DNA from: the human T2T-CHM13v2.0 reference genome, Homo sapiens
Reading direction: 5' to 3' (one strand)
Assembly (NCBI RefSeq): GCF_009914755.1
Contig: NC_060927.1
Length of the DNA: 64,000 nucleotides
Shown: positions 46,722 to 62,119 of the stretch, one piece after another
Layout: each line of letters starts with the position of its first letter
Position numbering within the stretch: position 1 is the stretch's first letter
Translations under genes and position numbers: made by a program
Notes under the pieces: generated by a model
Database searches by the model: none
Told to the model about the DNA's origin: nothing
What the model saw: only the letters and a program-made list of their open reading frames with translations

Positions 46722-48270
46722 AAATCAAATCTCCTCTTTCACCTAAGATTTAAAATAGGTTGATGGTTGAAGAATAGCTACAGAGATGTCTGAACCAAAA
46801 ATCAAATAGTACAAAGCTTTGGGTTGTTTACAGTCATCAACCACTTAGGCAGGTTCATTTTCCCAGTCTGCATTCTCAGCAGCAGTTCCGGTACGATCTC
46901 AGGTGAATCCTTGTATTCTTCCGGGAAACTTGTCCTTAAATGCTACAAAGAACCTTTCATCCAAGAAACATAAAACACTCTGTAGACATTATCTCATTCT
47001 CCCTTCAGAACGTCTGTGGAAAGAATCAGTAAATAATAAACTGATGCTGTACAAGAAAAGAAACTGAGGCTTAGAGAGGAAATTGGCTAATTAAAGACTA
47101 TTCCACAGGTGTTAACTAACAGACAGGAGTCAAGTGCCACTTTTTGTGGAAACCCCTTTTCCCATTCTACTTACAAAAAAGGAAAGGGAAGTGAATACAT
47201 AAATAAATTTAAGCATATTTTGACATTAGTTTCATAATTCATTTAATCTAGTTTAATCTAGTACCAATAAAATACTAGTATCAATCAAAAAGAGGAGTTT
47301 GAATTAATGCTGAAGCTGCTTTTTCCTTCTAAGTTAAAAGTAGATATTACTTTGTTGTTGTTTTTAATTGATACTTGGAAAACAGAAATGGAATGAGAAG
47401 CTCAAATTAATTAAAAAAACCAATAGCACATAGTAAAATTTTTGTTGTATTTCTGGCACCCTAGATTTTTTACTGGCATATGAAACCTTTATCTGCCAAT
47501 GATGAGCTAGAAGACAACCAGCTGAAAATGGCACAGAAATTTATATTTCAAAGGAAAAGAAAATATAAACTAAAAATAATCATTCTCCCATTTCTAACAA
47601 ATTATTATTGAAATTTACATTTACATCAGGGCTGGAAGAAAATCTGTTTGCATCGAATAGGAGGCAAATATTTATACTTTTGGTTTACTCTAAACCAAAT
47701 CAAGATCAAGTTAATCAGAAATCAAATTGAATTTTATGTGTGGTGGGGGCCTCAGTTTGTGTCTGAGCTGTGTTCATCTTAAGATTCACTCATTTCTTGG
47801 CATAGCTGCAGAACTGGTGGCCCAAGGCTCCCAGGAGTCTATTTATAGACAAGCCTGTGGAGCTGTATTCTGGGAGGAGGGCCCTCCTTATCCTAAAGGA
47901 AAATTCCTAAAGGAAGACTCATATGAAGTGCTCCCAATTGTCTAGAATAATGGGAATAATGAGACAGATGTGAGAGGACGGACTCTTTCTCTGGTGCAGG
48001 GTCAGGCACTAAGACCAGAGGTGGCACAAGGCCACGAAGTCTGAAGGCAGAACTGCTGTCTGACACGGAAGTGACAAGTCATCAAGAAAGTGCACTCACT
48101 TCTCTGTGCTCTTGGTGCCCATCATGATGAAAAATTCAAGATTTTAATACAGGTGCAAAGCCAATGGAACTCATTTATAATTTACAATTACATGGTTCAT
48201 ATTATGCATTGTCACATTTCCAATAGAGGCATTTTGTTTGCCCTCTAGGACAAGGGTACACAAGCTCTTT

Positions 48271-48644
48271 TTCTTTTTTTTTTTTAATTATACTTTAAGT
48301 TTTAGGGTACATGTGCACAATGTGCAGGTTAGTTACATATGTATACATGTGCCATGTTGGTGTGCTGCACCCAGTAACTCGTCATTTAACATTAGGTATA
48401 TCTCCAAATGTTAACCCTCCCCCCTCCCCCCACCTTACAACAGGCCCCATTGTGTGATGTTCCCCTTCCTGTGTCACATATACACTATGGAATACTATGC
48501 AGCCATAAAAAATGATGGGTTCATGTCCTTTGTAGGGACATGGATGAAGCTGGAAACCATCATTCTCAGCAAACTATCGCAAGGGCAAAAAACCAAACAC
48601 CATATGTTCTCACTCGTAGGTGGGAACTGAACAATGAGAACACA
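48271..48644 (-). mobile_element. 5'-inverted (twin-primed) L1PA insertion
   Basis: Antisense 3' end 48271-48475 joined to sense segment 48475-48644; TSD acacaagctctttttct. Confidence 0.9.
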
Positions 48645-48674
48645 AGCTCTTTTTCTAAAGAATTTGATAGTAAG

Positions 48675-49078
48675 TTTTATGTGCGTCCGTGTGAAGAGAC
48701 CACCCAACAGGCTTTGTGTGAGCAATAAAGCTTTTAATCACCTGGGTGCAGGCGGGCTGAGTCCGAAAAGAGAGTCAGCGAAGGGAGATAGGGGTGGGGC
48801 TGTTTTATAGGATTTGGGTAGGTAAAGGAAAAAGGGGGGTTGTTCTCTGGGGGGGCAGGAATGGGGGGTCACAAGGTGCTCAGTAGGGGAGCTTTTGAGC
48901 CAGGATGAGCCAGGAGAAGGAATTTCACAAGATAATGTCATCAGTTAAGGCAGGAATAGGCCATTTTCACTTCTTTTGTGGCGGAATGTCATCAGTTAAG
49001 GCAGAAACCGGCCATCTGGATGTTTACCTGCAGGTCACAGGGGATATGATGGCTTAGCTTGGGCTCAGAGGCCTGACA
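48675..49078 (-). mobile_element. LTR7 (HERV-H) solo LTR, inserted into a MER58-like element
   Basis: Minus strand TGTCAGGCCTCTGAGCCCAAGCTAAGCCATCATATCCCC..CACACGGACGCACATAAAA; 5-bp TSD GTAAG. Confidence 0.93.
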
Positions 49079-52000
49079 GTAAGTATTCTAGGCTTGCATG
49101 TCACATAGGTCTCTGGCATTTTCTTTGTTTTTTGTTTTGTTTTCACAACAATTTAAAGATGTAAAAACCATTCTTAGCTTACCGGCCAAAGAAAAGTAGG
49201 CCATGAGCTGGCCCCTGTTCTAGAATGTCGGGCCTTATGCTGGTATCTGGGTAGCGTGTGATTAAGGGCTTGGTATGCTGTCCTTCCTTCCTCCCTGTGC
49301 CACAATTATGACACTCAGTCAAATTGTTGAGTTCTTTCACCAATCCTGAATATTCATATCTGAGGCCTCCAGCTGTGATTAAAGGATAAATAAATAGATA
49401 ATCTTGTGCCATTCCAGGGGTTACAGGCAGCAATGTTCTGTGCTCCATGTTTTGGAACAAGCTAGAGTTGGGTTAATGAAGGGCAGTTTCCTCATTTTAG
49501 GCTACTATAGGAGCATGGACTCCACACGGTGGCTCTTGAGTAACAAGCTAACCAGCCCACAGGAATACTAGGGAAGGAAACAGGGCCCTGGGCAGATATT
49601 AGCAGTCAGGGCTTGTGGGGTGAGCAGTAGCAGGAGCCACCTGAGGCTCTGCAGATGTGCCACACCCGTGGACAGGCAGCCTGGGAAGCTCTGGCTGTGG
49701 GCACTGAGCTAGAAATTGAAGAAGAAAAGGAATGTCATGACAGGTGCCATATGGGAGCTGGCAGGACTGTGTTTGCAATCACCTGTGAGACACCACCTGG
49801 AGACATCCAGGAAAAAAGGCAGCAGGGACTTTGTAGAGGATGGGGACAGAAGCAAAGGAACACTGTCTTCTATTGTTAGTGTTACCCAATTTTATATTTT
49901 AATCTAAAGGCTTAAAGATGGCCTGGAGAAACACAGTTCCCAGGGGTTTGCCAGATTGATCCTGATGTTGTTTTCCACTCACATAAATGGAAATAACAGT
50001 TTTCTAAAAGAGAATAGTGCTGTGTGATCAGGAAACCAATATGCCATCTCCAGTCTGGCTACTCAATAGCTGCATGACTCTGGAAAGTACCTTAATTCTC
50101 CTGGCCTCAGGCAGTTTCTCCATATCACACAGAGAATTAAAGCAAAAATGTCTAAGAGCTCTTTTTGTTTTAAATGTGTTCTATAATTATTTAATGTTAA
50201 AGCCATTAATTAATTAAAAACTGTTGATTGAGTCACCTGCTATGTTCCCAACATGGTGCTAAGTAATGAGACCACTGAAAAAAAGTTCCTCTGCAATCAA
50301 GAATCTCTGTTAAAGTAAACTAACAATCATGACTCAGGTTATTTCAAGCTAGGGTAGCGGTATGCCTGTGTTGCTAGGAGATTGTAGAGGATTTCTACAC
50401 TTGCATAGAAATGAGAACCTGGAGCAGAGTTCCGGTGTTATTGAGCAGCAAGAATGAGAGCAGAGGGGGAAGCAAAGGTGGCACATTGATTATAACACAC
50501 AGCTGAGGTCTCGATCACACTAGATGTCTCCAGTCAGTCGTGTGGAAATCGATGTGCTTCAGAACAGTCTGTAAGTAGAAATCTGTGTGCTTTCACAGTC
50601 TGTAAAGGGTGGGGATAGGGCATGGGGAGAAAGGCGTAAGAGTCTACCTGTTCCTCATTGGTAAAAATAATTCCATCCTTTACATTTACAGATTGGATGA
50701 CCTGGCTCCAGGATCAGGGAAGTCAGAGCCCAGACCTCGGTTCACGGTGCTTCCTCAGATTCTGGGAATGCTGCAGGAAGCTGAACTTCAGGGGCCCAGT
50801 GGGTTCAGGCCCCAGACACCAGGGTCTTTGCAGTCCCATCATGGTGAGTATGAAGGAGCCATGCTAGAGCACAGCCCTCATCTGGAAAGGGCTAAGGGTG
50901 GTAGGGTTAAGAGTTGTGGTGATGATGGGGTAGGGGTTCTTCACTGAACAAGTGACCCAGAAAGCAGAGAAAGCCCAGTGAATCTGGAGAGATGCAAAAA
51001 CTAGGGCCAAAAAAGACTAAGGCAGAGTTGAAAAGGCTCCCCAGAGGAGGTGTTGCTTGAATTGCAGCTGGTAAAAAAAGAAGGAGTTTCCAAGTCAACA
51101 AGCTGGGGAGGGTGGGTGAGAGTTAGTGGGGATGATAATGAAGGGTTGGGAGCAGGCAATTTTCAGACAAAAGAATAATATTTGCAAAGGCACAGAGTGT
51201 GAAAGAAAATGATCAGTCCAGTGAACTGCAAGCACTGCCTGGCTGGGAAATCATGGCACAAGAACAAAGAGAGGCTTCTTTACTCCGGACAGTCATTCCA
51301 TCATTGCCAATTACCAACCAGAAATTGAACCTGCATGGGACAAAATGGAAAAGATTTTGTTATACACAAATGTCATGATAGAGAGATGACAAATCATCAT
51401 CATTCATTTATTTATTCATTCATTTAATTCAATCAAACAAATATTTGTTTTATACTTACTGGGTGTCAAACATTTTTTTGTACTCAAGATTTAAACCACA
51501 GGAAAGTCCTGTGCTCTATGTAAGCTGTGTTCTTTGGATACTCTGACACAAGCATATTTTTAGTTACTGCTCTTCAATCTTCTTAATTTCTTCAGTTTAT
51601 AGTTTTGATTACCAGGGTGTGTACGTGTGTGTGGTTGGTTGGGTGTGGGTGTGTGTATTAATTCCCATGTTTTCCTAAATAGGGGTTCATTAATTCTTCA
51701 TTCTATACTTAATTCTCTCATATGTGGCATCTGTGAAATGAGTGTGGCAACTTATTAATTAAATACTGACTCTTGGAACATTTTGAGCACTGACAATTTT
51801 AGTCATAAACAGACGACTGCTCTTTTCTTGCCCCAGAGCAATGATAACATACATTCAATTGTTGTTACCTGTTTTTATAAAATGTGTGAAAGGATTTTTT
51901 TATTCACAACTTTGACTATTACCACTTGAGTTCATGTGAATGATATTTTAACATGCCTTGAGTTTTTACCAAGCCATTCTGTACTGCTGGATTTAAACAT

Positions 52001-52770
52001 CTTTGCATGAAGCAGAGTTGGCGTGCTATTATACGTTGCAGACTTGTGCTTCTCTTGTTTTTCTGGCTCACTACCTCTAGCACTCCAATTCCGAAAATTC
52101 GTGGACTCCACCTGGTTCTACAATCCAGTGCCTTCATCGTTACTCACTGTTCTTCACTCCCCTCAGGTCCTTTCTTCCGTCTTTACGGGGCTTAGAAGTC
52201 ATGGTCCATTGTTGTAACACTTCCTTGTAGACACCTACAACTCCCTCCCAACACACACTTTCTTCCTCTAACTTGTCTGAAAAAAATCCTCAATTCTGAT
52301 TACTCCAGCTCTCTGTTTACTCTATGCCTGCACCTGTGCTATGGTTGGGGAAAAAAGCAAAACACAGCTACGCTGACAGATCTCACTGTAAATTCATGAC
52401 CAGAAATCTCTCACATGGGCCCACGGCACTGCCAAGGAAAGGCCACTACATTTCAAGAATCTCCTTCTTTCATTTCTTTAGGCGAGCATTTAATATCTTC
52501 TCCTTTGACAAACTTTCAATATCTCCTCCTCCACCCTCATTCTTGGTCAGTGGCTTTGGTTCCTATTTCCCTTAAAAAAAAAAAAAATGATAAGAAGAAA
52601 ACTACATACTCTCAATCATATCTGCTACCCTACTTGTACCCATGCTCCTATATACTCACATTCCGCCAGTTATTCAAGATATAAACTACCTGGACTCCTA
52701 TCTGAGGACAGCCCTCCACTTGTCACTGGATTCCATCCTCTTCATCTGCATTCAAGAATATCGCTATAAA

Positions 52771-53165
<395 letters not shown>

Positions 53166-54523
53166 CTATAAACGTGCTATATTTCTTCCACCTCAAAAGA
53201 AAAGGAAAAGAACCTTCTCTTGGTCTCACATTCTTCTCCCTCTCCCTCCACTATTTCTCTGCACCCATTAATTCTCATCCTCTCCTCCCATTTACTTATG
53301 AACGCTCCAATTTTTTTTTTTTTTTGCCCCCAATACCACAAAAACTGTTCTTGTCATGATCAACAATTTGTAAAATCCAGTGGTCAGTTCTCGATTCTTA
53401 TTTTACTTGACTCATCAGCAACATTAGGCAGAATTGGCCACTTCTGCTTCATAAAATATGTTCTTTACTTGATATTTGGGACATCAAGTTCTCTTCCCAC
53501 CTCACTGGCTCCTCCTTTTCAGTATCTTTTGCTGATTTTCAAATCTTTCTGACCGCTAAGTGTTGCCGTGCTCAAGCTAAGTGCTTCTCTTCTCTGTTTA
53601 CATTCTCTCTCTGGTGACTTTAGCCTGGCCTGTAGCTTTAAACATTATCTGTATTCTGATAATGTCTAAATTTCTTTCTCCAAATTGGAGATTTCTCTGG
53701 GTTTTGGGACTCTTATATCCAAATCACACTAAATATTTTCACATGGATATCTGTGAGGCATCTCAAAAGTAATATATTCACTATTCCTGTTCTCTTCCCC
53801 CATTCCACAAAAACCAGCTTCCTTCCACCCATTTTTCCCACGTTGGTAATTGCCAATAGATTTTTCCAGCTCTTCAAAACAAAGACAGTGCAGTATTCAT
53901 TACTTTTTAATTGAGATAAAATTCACATGCCACAAAATTCACTCTTTTTAAGTATACAATTCAGTGGGTTTTGTGCAACAATCACCACTATCTGATTGCA
54001 GAAGATTTTCATCAACCCGAAAAGAATCCTTGGTTCAGTCATTCTTTTTTTCTTGCTGTTTGTTTGCTCTAGTTTCTTTTCTTAGGAAAATGCAAATTAA
54101 AACCACAATGAAATATTACTGCATACCTATCAGAATAGCTAAAATAAAAAATAGTGATAACACAAAATGCTGGCAAGAATGTGAAGAAAGTGGATCATTC
54201 ATACATTGCTGGTGCACATGCAAAATGATACAGCCACTCTGGAAATAGAGACGTAGTTTGGTAGTTTTGTTTTTATTTTTCATTTAAGTCATTCTTGACT
54301 CCTCTTTCTCACACATTGCACTTCGAATCTATCAGCAAATTCTGCTAGCTTTACACTCCAAACACATCCAGAACCTAAGTACTTTCTGTCACCTACACTG
54401 TTATTAAAATTGGGATGTTCCAGGATTACAAAAACAGTGCCCTACCTGGGCTCCTTGATTCTCACCCTTGTCTCCCTGTCAACAAAATAGCTGTAAAGAG
54501 TCTTTTAAAAATCGAAATTAGAT

Positions 54524-54819
54524 TGGCTGGGTGCAGTGTCTCACACCTGTAATCCTAGCACGTTGGGAGACTGAGGCAGGCAGATCACCTGAGGTCAGGA
54601 GTTTGAGACCAGCCTGGCCAACATCATGAAACCCCATCTCTGCTAAAAATACAAAATTATCCAGGCATGGTGGCGGGTGCCTGTAATCCCATCTATTCGG
54701 TTGGCTGAGGTGGGAGCATTGCATGAACCCAGGAGGCGGAGGTTTCACCGAGCCAAGATCACGCCATTGCACTCCAGCCTGGGCGACAAGAGTGAGACTC
54801 AAAAAAAAAAAAAAAAAAA
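54524..54819 (+). mobile_element. AluS
   Basis: Alu dimer with A tail. Confidence 0.93.
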
Positions 54820-55228
54820 TCTAAGTTGAATGTCTCAATACGCTCTTCAAAATTCTCTCATGGCTTTCCTTCCCTTTAGAGTAAAATCTAACCTTTACGC
54901 AGTTTCCTTCAAGGCCCTGCATGATCTGGTTCTGTTAGTTCTCTGACCTCTCTCTTCTACCTCTCTCCTGCTTGCTTAGTGGGCTCCAGCCACAGCAACC
55001 CCCTTGCTGCTCTTCAAACATGCCAAGCACACCCCCAACTCAGCCTCTCTCTCATCAGGTACCCAAGAGGCGGCCTCCCTCGCTTCCTCCACGTCTCTGC
55101 TCAAATGTCACCTTATCCATGAGTCCTTTCCTGAAATTTGTACATTAAATAATATTCACCAGCACTCCCAATCCTCCTGGCTTGTTTTAGTTTTTTTTTT
55201 TTCCCTCATAGCATGTATTTCCATTTGA

Positions 55229-55569
<341 letters not shown>

Positions 55570-56719
55570 TATACTTATTCCCTGACTTCTCCCAACTAGT
55601 ATGTAAACTTCAAGCTGACAAGGAATTTGTCTTAAAACAGTATCTGGCATGTAAGAAGCACTCAATTAATATTCATTCACTGAATGAAAGAAGAAAGGAA
55701 AGAGCATATGACAAGAAAAACAACAACAACAACAACAAAAAGGATAAGCAAGACAATCTACGTTTATAACAGAAGAATTGAATCTAGGGGTGCTCGTTAA
55801 GAATTGTGATCAAGCTTAAATTTTTCCCAGAAAAAAAAAAGATGTTTAAATAGTACAAGAAAATGAATACGACAGATTGCATCTTGTAATAAGTAAGTTC
55901 TAAAGAGAGAGAGTGTTCCATGTCTGAAAATGTCTAGCTGATAGCATCATGGGCATAATAGTGGATCTTCATCTAAGTTTATTCAGTCTTTACCCAACTT
56001 GTCCTGGATGGCCAAGAGACTAGCAAAGGTTGGATGCAGGTGGAACATACTCTGACTCAGGGATACTTATTTCATGATTAGACAGCAGTTTCCTAATCAT
56101 TGTCCATCCCTTCTCCCCATGCACACGATTCAGCCCTTAGGGTTATCTCTGGATACCCATCACTTGGGTTGCTGGGCACTCTTGTGTAAAGAGAACCAGC
56201 CCTGAGAAAAGAGAAATTTCCTTCAGCAGTCTACACCTTCATAGATGAGGGTAGTAGCAACAGGAGAAATCTATTTTACAGATTAAAATCAGAAGAAAGG
56301 AGAAATTTCTGCTAAGACAGAGGAGAACAGTAGACTGGCTATCAACAAGATAAACTATAGAAAAGCGATCACTAGCGTATGAACCATCCCCCAAGGCACT
56401 GTAGGTCAAAACAGATGATCTAGGAACCTGCAGATGAATCCCTCTAGAACAAGAAAACAACATTAATAAAAGTTTATATTTATTGAACTTTTTGTTAAGT
56501 GGTTACCTAAACCTTTTATGCATATTGATGAGTTTAATTCTCACCATAACCTTACCGGGTAGGCATCATTATTATCTGAAAGGCAGCGAGATTAAGTAAC
56601 CTGCTCAAGGCCACATAATTAGGAAATGAAGGGGTCTTGAGATGAACCCAGACAATCTGGCTTTGGAGCTCATCATCCGTTTTTTTAAAACAAAACAAAA
56701 CAAAACAAAAAAAACCCTG

Positions 56720-57225
56720 TTGTATACACTATAATATGCATTTTAAAGTGTACAATTTAATTATTTTTAGCATATTTGTGAAGTTGTGCAACCATCACTA
56801 CAATTTTAGAACATTTTCATCACTCCAAAATAAGCTCCATACCCATTGTCAATCACCCTCCATTTTTCTTCAGCTCCCCAAACCCAAGAAACAACTAACC
56901 TACTTTCTATCTCTATTGAATTAGCTCTTCTGAACCTTTCAGATGAATGGGATTATACAATATGTGGTCTTTGATTCATCCATGTTGTAGCATGTATCAG
57001 CATTCCATTTCTTTTTTATCAAATGATACTTGGTTGTCTGGATACACCACATTTTATTTACCCATTAATCAGTTGAAGAACATTTGCATTGTTTTCACAT
57101 TTTCCTGTTATAAATAATGCTTCTGTGAACATTCATGTACAGGCTTTCATTGCTTTTGTGTATACATCTAGGAATGGAATTGCTGGGTCATACAGTAACT
57201 TGGTATTTAACCTCTTGAGCAACAC
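56720..57225 (-). mobile_element. L1MB-type fragment
   Basis: ttttaaagtgtacaatt..ttcatccatgttgtagcatgtatcag..ggaattgctgggtcata. Confidence 0.8.
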
Positions 57226-57561
57226 ATGGTCTTAATCACTACACAGGATATTTCACACAGTGGATATGAAGTCACAACTGTCTCTCAAGATTTTGGGGTT
57301 GTTATTGCCTCTTACATTCTAAAAACTTTGTGTTTTTCTTGTTTTGAAATTCAACATACTGTTATTTCAGCATAAAATGGAACTTGGCTAATTTGAAGCT
57401 TGAGGTCAACACATTTTAATGAATCTATGATATGTGCCAAGGACTATTATAAGATCTATGATGGATACAGGGAAAAAAATATATTTCTATGAACAGTCTT
57501 TATAGCTTTAATAAACCCTCATTGAGCATCCACCAAGTGCCACTCACATTAATCCCTCATT

Positions 57562-57730
57562 GGCCAGGCATGGTCATGTAAGTCTGTAATTTCAGCTATT
57601 CAGGAAGCTGAAGCAGAAGGATTACTTGAGCCCAGGAGTTTGAGGCTGCAGTGGACTATGATCATGCTTGTAAATAGCCTCTACACTCCAGTGTGGGCAA
57701 CATAATGAGATCCTGTCTTTAAAAAACAAA
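57562..57730 (+). mobile_element. Alu monomer (FAM/FRAM-like)
   Basis: ggccaggcatggt..gagcccaggagtttgaggctgcagtg..ctacactccag. Confidence 0.75.
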
Positions 57731-58140
57731 TCAAGACAAAACAAAATGCCAAATCATAAACTCTGTCTACTTGTAACTTAAAATCTTCTGGAGAAGACAA
57801 ATACATGTCAATGTGAACTTTTATAAGAACAACTAAGTATAAATATGTGTTGTTTTGAGATCCTATAATAGGAGCAAGAACTCAGGGAGGTCAGAAAAGG
57901 CTTCCTTGAGAAAAAAACACTTAAGTGAAGATCTGAAGGGTGGGAAGAGTTAACTGGTGAAATGCAGGAGGGGAGAGGGTCACTGGCAATTAAAACAGCC
58001 TGTGCCAAGGCATTGATGCAAGAAGGAACCATGTAAGCATGAAGTCTGCAAAGAAGAGAGAGCGAGGGCTCAGGGAGCAGAGGATGCTGGGAATGAGAGG
58101 TGAAGGGGCCAGACCATGCAGAAACTTATAGGCCAATTTA

Positions 58141-58453
<313 letters not shown>

Positions 58454-58479
58454 AGTTTGCTTTTTAATATTAAATAAAA

Positions 58480-58900
58480 GAGAAGTAAAATGTGGTATGT
58501 TCATCTAATGAAATATTATTCAGACATAAAAAGAAATGAAGTTCTAATACATGTTACAACATATAAACTTTGGAAACATTATGCTAAGGGAAAGAAGCCA
58601 GACCAAAAAAAAAAAAAAAAAGGAGAAATGTATGATTTAAATACAAAACCTAGAATAGGCAGATTGAAAGAGACAGGGAGTAGACTAGAGGTTAGCAGAG
58701 GATAGGGAGGAGGGGGAAATAAGAAGATATTGCTTAATGTTTATAGAGCTCCCGTTTGGGATAATGAAAAAGTTTTGGAAATAGATAGTGGTGAAGGCTG
58801 CACAATATAAATGTACTTAATGCCACTATATTATACACTTAAAAACTGTTAAATTGACAAGTTTTATGTTATATATATTTTACTACAATAAAATTTTTTC
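58480..58900 (+). mobile_element. L1MB 3' end within an L2 remnant
   Basis: aaaatgtggtat..aaagaagccagac..aatgtacttaatgccact. Confidence 0.75.
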
Positions 58901-61731
58901 AAAAGAAGAGAAGCCATTAACAAATTTAAAATACGCTGTGTAAGGGAGTAGAACATGACATGATCAAATTTAGATTTTGTCAAGGTCACTTTAGTTGTAG
59001 TATAGAACTGGATGAGATCCAAAATGGATATGAATGGACCAGTTAGATCAGGACAGATCTAATAAATATAAATTTTAGATTAGTAATTGGTGGAGATGTA
59101 GGGAGGTAATAAGGATGTCAGTCTGAATAGGGAATACTGTAACAGATCCAAGTTTGAGTAGGTCAAAATTTGAGTTGTGTAATGCCCATGGAGTGATATC
59201 AATTAGATAGTTTGTCATGAGTCTGGAACTCAAGGGAAAGATATAGACTAGAGTTATAATAAAAAGACTCAAATCTCTCTTTTAAAAAACTGTGACATTG
59301 TTGAGGCCACAAGATTTGCCTATATGGACAAATTTGGAGAAAATACAACGTGGTAAGTGATCAAATACCAAAATGTTTTGCATCAATAATAATTTTTAAA
59401 CTATGGAAATATAGAAAAGAGAGAGACAAATGCAGTCCAGAAATACTGGGATACATTACTTGAAGGAGTGGGGGTTGGAGGTGGCCCAAGAATTTGGCAT
59501 GATTTGATTTGTCAAAGAGGAGGGGAAGAGAGGGTTGTTGGTGGAAAAGCTATACTAATCAGTGGGAAACTGTGAGGGCTCAGCAATGGTACAACTAAAG
59601 AAAAAGAACTGAGGCTGTGATGGATGGTATAACAAGGCTATAACATGATTATACATTACCACCACTGGGTGCTTCAGACCACTAACTCAAGTGCACGGAA
59701 GGCGTTGTGCTGGCCTCTCACCACAGGGCCTGTGGAAGCAGCCCAGCCTCCTAGCAGGACTCCAGGCTCTCCTGCTGAAGCTCTATTCTGAGAGCCAACC
59801 GCCATACCCAACTTGGCGCTTGCAGCCTCACCACTCTGTAGAGCACTTGTGCTGTTCTCTGTAGGTGGGACCACCTGGCCTCCGGAAGAAGCCATTAAAG
59901 ACCTAGGGCCATCAGTGACTCCCCACAGAGTTGGTTAATGGAGATGAGCATTATTCAAAGGGGAGCATGCTCTGGGGCTCTGAGCACAGTGGGTCCCTTT
60001 CAGGAACACAGAGATTCATCATCACACATCCCTACTGCTGAATCAGTGCTCAGATTATACTCCTGGATCCGTTGCTTGGACCTTGGCAGAAACAAATATC
60101 TAGTATAGGGTACCCAGCTTAGTGCCTATCCCCACATGTACCCTTTAGCTTTTGTGCTTTTAAGATGGGAAAATGCACCAAATCTACAGAAATTTCAAAA
60201 AGAAAAGAAGGAAAGACAGGAAGGGAGAGAGGAAGGAAGAAGGGAAGGAAGGAAGGATGGAGGAAGGGAGGGAGGGATTTAGAGAGGAAGGAAGGACTCA
60301 TCGTTGAAGGAACTATGAAATTGGCACTCCTGATTTTTTTTTTTTGAGCAATTTGGCGAAATAGTAAATTGTTTTTAAAATCTGTGCAGTCATTCTACAT
60401 TAGGAAAATGACTCTAAGGACATGATCTAAATAAGTTTTATGCACAGATGTTCATTATAGAATTATGTGAAATAGTAAAAAGTTGTAAAAAAAAAAAAAC
60501 CTTAATGTCCAACAATTGGCAAATAGTTAAGTGAATTAAGATACCATGCATTGTAATATTAGTCATCAAAAATATTTTATAGAAATTTATTATTTTTATT
60601 TACTAAAGCTTAAAATATTTTGTATTGTAATATTAAGCCACAAAATCAAAATAGTGTGATCTCAACATTTTTAGGAGGAAAAAAAGACTGAAGAGATATT
60701 TGAAAAAAAATAAATAGCAGTTATCTCTATGGGTAATGGAATTATAGGTGATTTTTAAAAAATTTACAGATTTTCTTCAGTATGCACATAGTTAATTTGT
60801 CATTGTAAATAAATAAACATCTAATTAGAAAGAATAGAAAAAAACACAATGGGAGAGTGAATTGGAAATTCTGATTAAATCATTTTACTTGTATGGAATT
60901 CGGAATTATGTCACATTCTGTTCCGTCTGTTGACCACAAGCACTGCCTTTCCCCTCCCCAGAGTCATCCCACTTAGTCAATTAAGTCAGTGGAAGCTCAT
61001 TCTTAGAGGAAGTTCCAGGGCAGGCATCTTTTCTGTTTGCCATCGAGAAGCTGGCTGGCATGGTTTGGAAGGAAAGCATCCCGCCTCGTGAGTGTCAAAC
61101 ACTGATTTCAGCCTGGCCCCTGTGCTACGGTGCCTAGTGTGACAAGGTGCAAGGCCAAGCAGGGGCAGCCTAAACTGACAGCTGGTGCCTTGGGCTTTGC
61201 CAGCCTCACTGAGTGGCTAGCCAGCTTGAAAAGGCAACAGGAAGCAGATGGCCAGCCCAGTCCTCTCTCTGGCTGGCCTATGACAGCCATCTGGAGAAAA
61301 GAAAATTGATCCGCCGCCTGGAGAGGAAGGTGCTGGTAATAAATAACTCTGATTGTCACATTTTGCACACTCAGGGCCCAGGGAAGGGCTGTGGAAGCTC
61401 TCCAGGTGTTGATGGGAAAGCAATCCCAAGCATCATAGCTCATAGGATACACACAATACCCTTACTGGAGGCAGCGCTTTCTGGGATCAGGAGCCCACAG
61501 GACTCAACAACCCCACTAATACAACAGGACTCACAGTGGTGTGAATGCCACCCACGCAGGCATATAATAATGCAGAAAGCCCTTTCTTCTCTCAGGAGTG
61601 CAGGCAGAACAACATGCCACTTTATGAGATCCTCCATTCCTCTGCATTTGCCTCTCTGTCCCAAGTTCTCCAGCTGTCCTTTATGCCCCTGAGTTAAGTA
61701 TCAGTTCTGTAAGGAATCATTTGTAGCCTAA

Positions 61732-62119
<388 letters not shown>

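Noticed and set aside
61108-61692. Overlapping 114-159 aa ORFs
   Set aside because: Non-ATG or weak starts, no recognisable domain, and no convincing splice framework.
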